Of a stretch of 64,000 nucleotides of DNA, positions 26,270-38,953 are shown one piece after another. The translations under genes were made by a program, and so were the position numbers. Source of the stretch: Chrysomallon squamiferum (Eukaryota > Animalia > Mollusca); contig CM022673.1 in the NCBI GenBank assembly GCA_012295275.1, positions 1,488,001-1,552,000 on the forward strand. The letters are read 5' to 3'. Within the stretch, counting starts at the first letter, position 1. The number at the start of each line of letters is the position of its first letter. Below the pieces are notes generated by a model, which searched no databases, was not told the DNA's origin, and saw nothing but the letters and a program-made list of their open reading frames with translations.

Positions 26270-29200
26270 ATGGATTCAGCTGATTCTGTAACCATGGTAG
26301 CAAGCAGTCCTGTTCATGGAGGTTCAAACAACAGTTGTACCTCGCAGGTCCGGTTCTGCAGTGCCATGCAGAGTTTGAAGTCCGATGTTTATCTTCGTCA
26401 TGTTTTATCTAGTCCTTGTAACAAGGGATATGCATGTTCTCCGGCATCGCAACAGTCTTCACGGAGTCCTGTTTTCAAGACTCCTTCATCGAATCCAAAG
26501 ACTCCAAAATGTAACAGACACCACAATATGGATTATACAACTCCACAGAGCCGAATAGTAAATCCATTTGACACTGATGAAAGACTTCATTTGCCTGCCT
26601 GCAGCCCCGGATTGTTCACCGTGTCATCCACACCTGGCAGTGAAGATGGGGTAACTGTCTTTAATATCATTTTATTTCTTCTTATTGAAAATACAAATTA
26701 AATTATTAATAAAAAAAAAAATTCATCCTAGTCAGCAGAATTATAATGTTTACATGATAGAATATACTTCTGATGTAAAGTAGTTTCAGCAGGTTTTAAA
26801 TTATATTAATAATTAATATTGGTTTGCAGATAGCTGTTTGACAATGTTTTAACACTGCTTGTTTTACTTACAGGAATGTGTTTTGTACATAACTTATGAT
26901 TTTATTACTCAGAGTGTGAAATATTTATTCTGTGTTAAGATAAAAAGCCCTTTTTTTTGTTACAGGGAACTTTTCGGTGGAACATTGAACACATAGCAGA
27001 ACTGAATCCTGCAGATATTGATGAAATGCCATTTTATCAAGAAAGTGCTCAAAAACAGTAAGTTGATATTAACTACCTATTCTTACTGATTACTATTCTA
27101 TTATATAAAACGAACATATTGCCTGAAGACTGTTGATAATGTTTTTATCTACATCTGTTCAAACAAACTTTAGAAATGTTCACTCACTCTCTGTCCCTGA
27201 CTCTTTCTCTTGCATGATGTCTGACTATCTTTCAGTCTTTGTCAATAACTCACAATCTCAGTCATACTGTCTTTGTCTGTCTCAAATACAAGCTCACTCA
27301 CTTTCTCACTAAGTCACATATTCACTCACTGTCGCTCTCTCTCTCGTTTTCTCTCAGCTCTGTTCTGTTGGGCTGTTCCGTTTCTAACCAGTATTCCAAG
27401 TCTGTCTTATTTTATAATGTTCTTTATCAGTTTATAACAACATTATAACTCAGTTGTACTACTGCTACTAGTGGATTCCTTATAATTGTTATCATACTAA
27501 AAATTAAATATTCGATAACTGGTAAAAAAACATGAAGTATAAAATTGTGGTACTGTTGAACTTTTAATATACTTTGTGTTTGTTTTGGATTAGTTTTGAT
27601 TCTGAGATTGAAGAAAGAGCTCAGAAGGCAATAGAACAGTATTTCGCCACACACCTGATTGCTCCATCTCCATGGAGTGATGGCAAGAAGCAGTATTATC
27701 CTCCAGTAACACCAGGCTCAGAAAATCGTGAGTTACTTTGTGTTCTAATAATACATCAATCAGTTTCTAATGAAGAATGTGTACCAAATAGCTCGGTTGG
27801 TAGCTTGTGTTAATTTTAAATAAACTATTATTTTGTGAGTTGAGAACAAGTGGCAGCTTGATATGCTAAATGTTTAGACTGACCAGACAGGGACACAACT
27901 GTAAAAAGACCTCTACTAAATTTTCTTTAATGCAGTGTTGAAGAAAAAAACAATACTGAAAAAGGGTAAGTATGGATAACTTGGTAGATTTAAAAATTCA
28001 TTTTATTTTTTTTCAGGCTATAAACGTCCAGAAAATATCTGTCCAGAGGATCTTCAAGGTTCAATACAGAAGGAACTCACAAAGAAAAGGAACACTCATG
28101 ATGGTACTTAACCTTGTTATTAACATACAAAACATTTTTAACATCTATTTGTTTCAAAGATGTTCTCTTGGTGGTAGTTAATATTAACACAGGAACCATA
28201 TTTAATATCTGTTTGTTTCTAAAGTTGTTTGTAATGTTAAAAAACAACATAGTAAATATATCTATATACTTCAAACAACTTACACACCAGTCTTTTTTAA
28301 TAATGAATTTGACAGTAATGTTAGAATCTGTTACAGTGTTAGGGTCAGTCATCTTCCATTCTTAATCAGTTATTGATAAATAACAGTACAATTGTTTTCT
28401 TTCTTATTTTGCAGTTTCGTGCCAAACAACACTAACTCTGCCTGTTAACTATGATATACAGACAATACTAGGTAGGTTTTACACAAACCCAACATTTTAA
28501 TATTATACTGAACAAATTTTACACTGATAACAACTCACACTCACTACTTCACGCACACGCACGCACACACTCACTCACACCAATATGCTTCAGCATGTTG
28601 TGTCCACACACTCTCACTCACACACTCACTCACACAAATATGCTTCAGCATGTTGTGTCCATATTTTTCTGCCTCTCACTGATCTCTGCCAGATAGTTCC
28701 TTTTCAGTATTTGTCCACTTCATCCTTGTATGTAGACTGAATGATGCAGTAATTAAATTTTGTTTTGATCCACAGCTGACTTCATGACATACGACAGACA
28801 GGAGGAATCGATGAACCAAGCTGATCTAAGTACCTCTTCGCTGAGACGCAAGCTGTTTTTCCAGGGAGACACCAGCTCCATAGTCAGTCCTGTGAAGTAA
28901 GTGTTCTGTTTATCAGCTCAAAAATATTTATAACTGTAATTTTTGCCTGATAGCTATGAATTGCAGGATTCATCCTCTTTAAATACCAGCGACAGTGTTT
29001 TATTAATTTTATTTCAGATTGGGTGTAGCAGTAGGAATGAAAAAATATATACACATTGATGATTTTTTTTAGTTTCTTGTTAAAAGTAAAGTATAATGTT
29101 AAAAAATATATTATGGAAGCTAAACTATTTTTTTTTTGTGATTACTTCTGTATTGACAGAATTACAAAACAGTCTTTGATGAATGGAGAAGATAACAACT

Positions 29201-32200
29201 TGACAATGATTTTGTCTGTCACATTTTCACATTTTATGTCAGAAGTGTTTAAAAAATAGGTTGTACTTTGAAATACTGTTATTGTCTGGTTCTTCAGGGT
29301 ATGTCAGGCACAGTCACCTTTCTGTGTGACGTCACCACAAGTTTCACCAGTAGGATCTCGTCAAGCTACTCCTGAATGGGAAGGCCAGACACCATACAAG
29401 ACACCAAATTCAGTCTGTTCTCACTTTTAACAATATTTTGTTACTAACATGTACATTCAAGACACCATACAAGACACCAAATTCAGTCTGTTCTCACTTT
29501 TAACAATATTTTGTTACTAACATGTACATTCAAGACACTAAATTCAGGCTATTTTCACTTTTCATTATATTTTGTTACTAAACTGTACACAAAAGACAGC
29601 ATATTAAGTCTGTTCTCATTTATCATGACATTTTATAACTAAATTGTACACAGATTGATCACATTAGACACTGAATTAGTCATAGTTACACATGTAATGT
29701 AGCTTATTGACACACACTGTGACCATCCACTATTGATGTCAATTTAACGTACTAAGTGCATATTTTACCTTTTTTGATAAATTCTGATTATTTATTTTTT
29801 GTAAATGGTTAACAGTTTTTAAAAAATGTCAATAAATTTATTTATTTTTCTGTAATGTTAATGGTAAAATATTTTAAGACTGTCAGAGCTGAATTATTTA
29901 GAAATGTTTTAATTGTTCAATTTTGAATTTTTAATACTGACAACTGTAGTTTACTGTCAGCTGTACAATATTTAATTCAGTAAATTCCTTGAGGAATTAC
30001 AAGCTGTATGCATACTTTAAGTCCTGTTACTGAATGTACAAAAATTTTAGTACGTTTTTTAAACAAGAAAATTAATATTGCCAAATACAGAACATGAAGG
30101 AGAAAAGTAAACCAGTAAATCAGTAACAATTTGTTTATAAATTATTTGTCAATAATTTTTTTTTTTTTTTTCTCCCATAGGGACATTTTTCATCTAGTCC
30201 CATTCGTGATCCAAAAGAACAGAGTAAATATTTCCAGAGGTCATCTGATATTGATCTTCTAGATTCACCGGAATTGTCACCAATCAGTAAAAAACACACA
30301 GAAAGTATGTTTGTTTTTGTCCTTCGTAAATATTACATTTTTATGATATTTCTAATTCAATTGCTTAAATTTATTTAGACATTGCGTTTCAAATTGGATT
30401 GGCGCATTTTAATTTCCATATCAACAAAAATGTTTAATAAGATATTTTACAAATTACTGGCTGAGATATTTGCTGTTGTCTTGGATATAAATTACAGAAA
30501 GTTTAATGCTGATGTTTTAAAATTGCTGTAATTTTTTAACTTTTAATGTACTTTGTCACAGTTTGTGATGCACTTGGTAAACCTTTCAGACATTATTTTC
30601 AAATCAGTATTTACTTACCTTTTTTTTCAAGTTTTATTACATTTATTTCTGTTGAAGGATAAGAATTAATAATATTAATTAAATGTATAAATAAGAACAA
30701 AACGGAAGATTTGTTGCATCTACTAATTTTAATTTCAGGTAGAGCACCCAGACAAATGGAGACAGCTATAAAATTTAGCCTGAGTCCAGTTGGTCAAAAT
30801 CCATTTTTCTGCCCCACTGGAGATGATGTCCACCTGTTACCAAGTCCAGAGATGTCACCAATTCATCACAGTGGTCATTTAGAAGATTTAGGATCCTCAT
30901 TTCAGCAAGGTATGTATTAGTAAAGAATCATTTCTAGAGCTGCAGAAGTTTATATAACAAAAATTATTTTCAGTGCAACAATGACAGTATTAATTTTAAT
31001 GCTGACAGAAAAAGGTGTGTTTAGCTAATATTATTTATTCATTCAGTTATTTATTATGTAACTTAACCATTCCATTATGATCAGAATTTTGATAATAATT
31101 TTTCAGTAGTTATTTGTATCTTCCAGATTCCATATTCATCGTAACATGAATTCTGTCAAAACATTTTCAGCCACATCCTTCTACATGTGATAGTTAATTT
31201 TTTTCTATTATTATTATTTTTTTTTTTTTGTCTGTCCTTAGATAGCTAATAAATATTAATTTTTGTTTTTGTTGTCAGAAAATTCAGAAAATGATTCTGC
31301 AGACAAATCGACTCCAGTGGCTGTCAATTGTCGTGAAAATGTTAGCCCAACATTATTACCACAGAATCAAGTTTTGATGGAGGCAGCATCAAGTCATTCT
31401 TTCACTGAAAAAGAAAAAGACCAGATTCAGAATTTTGATCAAATTTCATTCAGTCAGTCAGTTGAAAACATCACAAACACTTTCAGCTGCAGAGATTCCA
31501 TCACAGATATGGAGGTAAATGACAATTTTCACCAGCCCAGTTCAGCCAATCAAGACACAGGATACCAGACAGGAAGTCTGCAGCTGACCAATGGGGAAAT
31601 AGGACTGCACACCAATCTAACCAATCAGTTCTGTTCGTTGCCTTTCAAAAGTGAAAACAGTTTTGATCGTGACAGTTCATTAGGCAGTCAATCATCAGCT
31701 TCCAGATGCAATCCCAGGGTGTGTTTGGACTTCAGAGACGAGATGGAGTCAGTGGATGGTGAGAAGTTTTCTCAGAACAGTGCAGACTCTGGCATGGCAG
31801 AAGACAATGTTGTGGAAAGAGCCAGACGAGTTCTAGCTCAAGCTAATGCACTTTGCCCAACTTCTTTGACTGGAGAGTTTATTATTAATCAGTCAAGCAT
31901 GTCTTCTCTAGAACCCATTGGATCTTCCACACCAACCAAGAAAATTCTGCTGCAGTTAGGAGAACATGGGAATGCTATTGACAGAGGAAAACCCACTGAT
32001 AAGGGAGTACAGTTGGCAAGTAAGTATCAACCATTTAACAGATTTTGCCTATGATTCATATGAAAATATGTATTTCAGGAGAATAGGGTCCAGTTTTAAA
32101 ATTGTTTCTGTTTTTGTTATTGCATCTCTGCAATAGATACAAATATCATGGTAAGATAATATGAAATTTTATATTTATGCTGAGTTGCAGAAAATTTACT

Positions 32201-32373
32201 ATGTTTTACTTTTATTTCATTTGATGTGAAATAAGGTCTAAATCATTATTTATTTTTAATTTTTAATTTTTAAATTTATTTTAGGTGATGTGGCTCTAGA
32301 AATCTTAAAGCGTGCTGGAAGTGACTTAGCTAAATACAGCAATCAACAGCGTGTACAGGAGAGTGGATCATAA
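26270..32373 (+). CDS. BORA: Protein aurora borealis (Aurora A/Plk1 activator), ~703 aa, 11 coding exons
   Basis: Exons 26270-26650, 26966-27057, 27594-27727, 28017-28103, 28415-28471, 28776-28896, 29298-29412, 30181-30304, 30739-30909, 31279-32019 and 32285-32373; total 2112 nt, in frame. Bora motifs: IVNPF, SPGLF, FRWNIEHIAELNPADIDE, QKAIEQYF...IAPSPW, CQTTLTLP, SSLRRKLF (cyclin docking), FSSSPI (Plk1 PBD site) and DTGYQT (beta-TrCP-like degron). Confidence 0.94.
29387..29651 (+). repeat. Tandem duplication spanning a BORA exon-intron junction (two identical 73-bp copies plus two degenerate ~60-bp copies)
   Basis: agacaccatacaagacaccaaattcagtctgttctcacttttaacaatattttgttactaacatgtacattca occurs at 29387-29459 and 29460-29532; degenerate copies start at 29533 and ~29594. 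Confidence 0.9.
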
Positions 32374-35300
32374 TATATCTATTTATATCTATTTTTGAAT
32401 TTTAAAAAAATGAATTAATAATGAAATTATTTTTAAAATGTTTTTTTATTTTTGTAAATCTGGTAACCTTATTTGAGTATTTCAGGAAAGTGCATCTTGC
32501 TCATATTTTGAATAATTTATTGTTTACACTGTTAACTGTTTCATTTTGTGAATATATATTTTTAATAACTGAAGAGAAAAAAATATATATATTGTTTGAA
32601 ATGAAAGACAGTGGCAATGATATTTTGACAAATTTAACTTAAGACTAATTTTTCTACATTTATCTTAAACACTTTGTATTTTTAAATACATTCTTAGATT
32701 CAGTAAAATTTTAAAATAAAATAAATAAAAATTAATAAGTATATTTTTCTAGCTGTACTTAAAATGAATGATTTTATATGATGTCATTTAATTGAATAAG
32801 TGGACAGATTTTATTTTGTTTTTTTTTTTTTTGAATAATGTATAAAACCAAACATTTTTTTACTTACAATCTACAGGTAGATCTGATTAATGTTTTTGTG
32901 TATAAAAGCACACATTCATTACTTATAATCTTTCTGATAATGATCCAGAATATTAGCTGTAAAATTGGAGAATAAACAAATTACCTTACCATTATGTTCT
33001 CTTAGACAAACTGCTGCATAATATTTTATAAACAGCTGATGATGGGTAAGGACCAATGACATTTCTGAATATTCTTATAACCTGAAGTGACTTGTACTTG
33101 TTAGTTAATACAAGGATCCTAGAATATATATATTGTAGCACACTTGCCATTTGGTTAATAGGTTTCTGGGATCATTTGCCAGGTTTCCAAGTACTAGGAA
33201 AATAAAAACCGTAAATTTTTAACTTTTAACTATAAATGATTAATTATTCAGTTTTTAAAAATTACTCAGCAAACCTATAACAGAAACAGTAACAATACAT
33301 TTTGTATGGTGTACCTTAATTTTATAGATATTGTTTTCTTGGTGGGTTTTTTTTTTTCAGGGGTTATTAATAAATATTGTTTCTCCTCTCCTGTTTCATT
33401 GGTGCATAACCAAAACAGCTCATGTATTAGAAAAATAAAAATCTCCTTTCAAGTAATGAAAGGAATATTTATTTTCATTAACACTGTGAACTTTGCTGGT
33501 GTGATGTATATGACTAACTGATTTGTGTTATTATTTTATTAAATTGTAAGTAGCTAGATATAATATCAGACAAATTAAAAATGTCTTTCATGGTATATTT
33601 GTTATTTGTCTCACTACGTTTGTCAAATTGATTATTTAAGAATACATGTTGTTCTTCTCTGAGTGTTTTCTTTTAAAAACAACTAGCAAAGCTTGGCTCT
33701 CTAAATGTAAATAACATTTTATGAGAGTCCAGTTCTTATGGAATAAATTATGAAAGGAATTAGAAAAAAAATGTCTTGGTTATTTCTTTTTTTTTAATTA
33801 TTATTATTTTTTTAATCTTTCGAAATTTAGCATGTAGGAAAATGATAGGAAGTTTTGTTTCTGGAATAAAATAATAAATATAATGGATAAAATAAATAAA
33901 TTAAAATAATAATTTTTTAGGTGAGAAATAGTTACAAAATACATTAGCTCAAGCTAGTTTCCACTGAAGTAACTTTTCAGTGCCTGTATTACCAAAAAAA
34001 AATCAACGTAGACAAATGAAGCCTTTATCATTTGAAATTATTAATCCATAGATAAGTGTTTATTGTATGCTCAGGTTATTCTGTAATTTTAAATTTAATT
34101 TAATTTTTATTTTTTTCTGCTCTCTTTTTAGGGTAGACAGTTATTATTTTCTAAAAACCAGAGATGAATCTTGTTTAATAGTTCTGCATATGTTGTTATG
34201 TTTGTATCAATTTGTTATTTGGAAAAATTTTGTCTTGTAAATGTTTATAGTCTGAAAAAGGAGAGTTAGTAAAGGTTGATGTCTGTATGTGAACACATTG
34301 CCCCTTTTTGCAAGTTAATTTTATTGTTAATATGTAAATAATGCACAAGTATTTTGTGATATACATTTTGGTACATGTAGTTTGAAAAATGACTTTGCTT
34401 CATTCTTTTAAAATTTACAATAAAATTTATAAACAGTTTATCATTGTTGTGTTTTAGTTTTCACTATTTATAAAAAAAAATGTATAATAATAATAATAAA
34501 TGCTTTATATCTTTATTTATTGTTTCTTAAAATTAATTTATTATTTACTTTAAGCATCTTGTAACATCCACTTAATTACTTTTAAAATATATTTAAAATA
34601 AAATTATACACAATGTAAAATCAAGTAAAATTTTTAGTAGTAGTAGTAATAGTAGTAGTAGTAGTAGTAATCAAATTAAAACCAATGAAAACGTATAATA
34701 ATCTACAATACCAGAATAGATTTATGGCTATGTACAACTGATTCTTAATCAAATAAGTACCTGAATCATGGTTACATTCCAATTTACTGAAATGCCAACT
34801 GGTTGAAAAATAAGTACTTGTCTTTTATAGTTAATAAAGTCACTCACCAAATTTTATATGTATATTATGAGTTACTATTTTATTTAAAATTAGCCTTTCT
34901 TTTTTATATTATAGTTAACTTTTGGTACACAGCATCATCTTGTTACAATAGGTTCTTTTTGTTATCAGTATTTCAGCATTAGTACTCTTCTTCAGGCCTC
35001 ACTACAGTATACATCACGTGTAATATATGTGTGTATGTGTGTGTGTGTGTGTATATATATATACATATACATTATTGTTAGTTTGTCTTATATTTTCTGT
35101 CCCCATTGCTCTTTTATGTTTAAGTGCTAACTTTTTGATGCAAATACAATTCCCGAATGGCAATAATGCATTATCTTATTTTATCTTATAATAAACATTT
35201 TTGGATGAAGATGTTCATATTTGATTATTTAAAGACAATAATAATAATATATTTCCAACTAATTTAAAACAGTTGATTATAATTACTGAAGTAACAACAT

Positions 35301-35574
35301 ATAGTCAGTAAAATGTTTTAACCATATCTATTGTTGTATTTATCGATCAGTTACGGCACCCGGATAAATAAACCTTCGTGCACCTGTTTTTGTAAATGGC
35401 CACATTTTAACTCTATATTCTTTATCCAATGAAAAATACCGATACATGCGCATTTGCTGTTCGTCGAATAGCAGACGATGCTGGTGTCAGAGGACAGCCA
35501 TTGCACAAGAAGTTTTATTTTTGAATATAACTGTTAACGAATTAAATTATTTTTACACAATTATAGATATCAAT

Positions 35575-36007
35575 ATGAATTGCCAGACCACGAATATGAT
35601 GGAAAGCGAAGTAAGGAAACGAATAAAAGAACATGTAAAATCAATTCGCAAAGAGCAGAAACGAAAAGCAATGAGTAACTCGATGGTCGCTGACGATAAT
35701 TTATTTGAAATTATAAACAAAAACTTTACTGGAAAAATGGTGTCGAAAGTGATTAAGGTAGATCGAGGTTTTAAGCGATTAACGTTTCCTTTAAACAAAA
35801 CAGAACAAGAAGATCCAGGTGCTTATACTAATCCCAGAACTGAAACATCAACGAAATCAAAATATCGAAAATATGGCAAGTCATCCAAGCGTAATGGAAA
35901 ATGTAAGTTAATCATTTCAGTAGTTTTAATATTTGTTGCTGTTCGATAAGATAGGGGGAAAAAATAAAATAAAATAAAAATAAATAAAAACAAATAATAA
36001 TAAAAAA

Positions 36008-36044
<37 letters not shown>

Positions 36045-38953
36045 TAACGTATGAATTTTGTTGGTGTCTTTGTAACAATTTCTATGGATTTATATTATTT
36101 TATTAGTTTATACCAATAACCAACAAAATAAGCACGCAAGAACGAAGGCCAAAGAATCAGTAGTCCTAGAAAAAGACATTGTGGAAGTAGAAAAACGAAG
36201 GAGAAGTATACGCCAGAAACTTCTTGCCTTTGTGAATCCTGTTTTCACAGAGGTTAGTAACAATCATTTTGTTTTGCACTTGTGAAAAATACAACGCATA
36301 AGTTAGAGTACAATGCTTAAATATAATTACAAATTCAGAATATAACTGAAACCTTTCAAAAGTGTTAATTTAATTATGAATGATCTGAAAATATAATTTA
36401 TTCTTTCGTTTATTTAATTTTGCATTAGGATGAAGAATGTGATATTAATGAAAGAGCCGATCTATATTCATCATCAATGCTGCCACATGAACATTATTTT
36501 TTGTTACAAGAAAATGTGAAAGAAGCAGGAAAAAAGGGCTCAGAAACCATGACTGAATCTACTGATTTTGTCTATAGCAACCATTTAGTTGTTCAGAAGA
36601 AAAAACGCAGATCATATTCAAACATTGATCGCTTTGTTACACATCACAGTGATGACAGTTACTCAGATAAAACACAGATATTACCAGAAGGTTTATTATT
36701 TTGACATTACACACAATTGTAGTTTGCCCACTGATCCTCTTTAAGAATCAACAATTAACTACAACTTTTTCTTTAAGTGAAATGTGTCTAATAATTCCTT
36801 AATTATGTTTTTATAACAAAATAATTAATGTAACAGAATAAGCTAAATATTAGTTGATACATTTAAAATAAACCTTATGTAAAACATAGACTAAAATTGT
36901 TTATCGCTAACTTTGATAGTAAATAATTACAGGTACAAAACTTCTGAAACCACCCAGCAAGCTCGTGGAACTGGTTGCCCAGTCAATTGATGGAAGTCCT
37001 GATGGAATGCTTCAAGTTCAACAGATTTACACTGTACTTCAGTAAGTTATAATAATAAAAGTTTCTTCAGATTTATTCATAAAATGATGATAATAGAAAT
37101 AATAATAGTAACAAAATCCTAATACTTCAGTAGTTCTTTATATCCATTTGTGAATATATAAATTTCATCAAGGACTTTTTAAACATAGTTAATTCAGATA
37201 ATTCTTGAGAAATATATTTATTTTGTTAACTTTTTAAATAATTTTTATGCATTATTACCAATTTTACATACTTTGCCAACACAAAATATAATTTTGTTTT
37301 TCTTCTTTAATTTAGGTAAATTTTAGTCATTATTATAAATGAAACATAATTTTATTCAATCAGTTTTCATATTTCAAAAATATTTATAAATGCTTATTTC
37401 AGAAATAAATTTCCCTATTTTCGATACATGGACAAAGCTGCCATTAGCAGCTGGAGGGTGAGAGTTACATTCTTTTATTCTTGATCAAATAAATTTGCAC
37501 AATGAATTCAATTTATTTTTTAAACAGTTTTTTGGAAAACTTCAAATTATATTAAAAGATTAGTTTTGAGAATTTGGTTTGTTAATTAGAATTATGTTTT
37601 AAAACTGTAAAAGGTAATTATTTAATAATCAGTGTATTGAAGGCCTGTAAGGTGGTACATTTTTTGTAGAGTTCTGTTCGCCATGCACTCTATCAGAAAT
37701 GGTTTCAGAAAATAAAATTTAATTTGGAATCCATTAATAGCAAGGGATGCTTTTGGAGTATCAACTATTCATTAAATCCAAGTGAATGGGCTATTGCTCA
37801 AAGTCCAGGTACAGATGTTGTTTCCAGTATATTAAGTAATTTTAACTGATATAGGTACATTTTAAAAAAAGAAAGAAAATTTATTAATAATTAACAAATT
37901 ACAGTCTTAATGTTGAATATTTTTATTTTTTAAATATATGTGTAATGTTTTCTTTGTTATAGACAAGAAACTGTGGGAATTATATCATAATGGGCCTTTA
38001 ACAGAATCAATCAAAACCAGTTAAAGGGCATACAAGTTTAATATAAGAAAATAAACATCTTGTTTGTATAGATACAGAATATAGTTATTTTGATATATTT
38101 TAAATTTTTGCAGCCTGTAGGCTTAAAAATTTCTGTATCCCATCAGTTCTGCCAAGACTAACAAACAGTGATGAGGAAGAGCAAACTGCAGCTATTAAAT
38201 CAGTATCAGTAAGTAACACAGAAAATGCACAGGTATCAGAGAATGAGGATCTAAAGGTAAATATAAAATTGTTTATAATAAGCTTTAATTATGTAACATT
38301 TAATAAAAATAGTTATTCATGAAAACTCATCTTTTAATAATAAAGCATAAAAGTAATATTTTACAAGCCTCTAAACTGTAATGAAAAAACATTTTTGCTT
38401 CTTTATCATCATTTGCAGGATGTTATTCAGATTGCAAAGGAATATGGGATCAGTTTTCCTGAATCTTGTCTTGATGTTAAAGGAGAAAATTTACCAGATC
38501 TGAATATTCCATCACCTGTGAAAGATCCTGATCCCATGCTGATATCTTGTGTTCCTGACTGGAATCCAACCCCTAAACCAAAAGCTGACAATTTACTAGA
38601 TGGTAAAATAAAAAATGAACATTTCAGATACATTTTGACAGATTTTTTTAAAATTATTATTATTATTATTTTTACGTACAACTTTTTTTTTCTCTGATAA
38701 TATAGAATCAGTATGTGTGTTCTTATAATAAAGAATAGTTGGTATTTTATGTTTTGAAGGTTGTCGTCTGACTGCAGATAAACCAAATGTCAACTGCAGT
38801 AGTCCTTACAGCTGTTCTTCTGCCTGTGAAGCTTTCCAGACACCTCCATGTTCACCATCACCAACCTGGGAAATATCTCAGAATGAATTCTACCTCTTTT
38901 CCCCACTTAGTAATTGTTTTTCTTATGGAACAAACCTATTTCTTGAACACTGA
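35575..38953 (+). CDS. Divergent forkhead-box (winged helix) transcription factor, ~538 aa, ~10 exons
   Basis: Exons 35575-35902, 36107-36252, 36429-36690, 36933-37041, 37403-37457, 37670-37808, 37963-38019 (weak donor, uncertain), 38114-38256, 38419-38602 and 38760-38953 (TGA); phases are consistent. The domain KPPSKLVELVAQSIDGSPDGMLQVQQIYTVLQNKFPYFRYMDKAAISSWRSSVRHALYQKWFQKIKFNLESINSKGCFWSIN aligns with the forkhead consensus KPPYSY...AI..SP...L.L..IY......FPYF......W.NSIRHNLS....F.K......KG.YW. The start codon is uncertain. Confidence 0.85.

Noticed and set aside
28555-28661. Small intronic direct duplications (also ~11104-11305 and ~16455-16562)
   Set aside because: Ordinary slippage duplications that do not affect splice sites.
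33030-33090. TGATGA ... CTGA suggesting a C/D snoRNA or hammerhead core
   Set aside because: It is too short, has no terminal stem or hammerhead helices, and lies in the presumed BORA 3' UTR rather than an intron.
35446-35574. Upstream extension of the Fox ORF from ATG 35446
   Set aside because: It overlaps promoter-like motifs (CCAAT 20 bp upstream), so it is more likely promoter/5' UTR. Not excluded.
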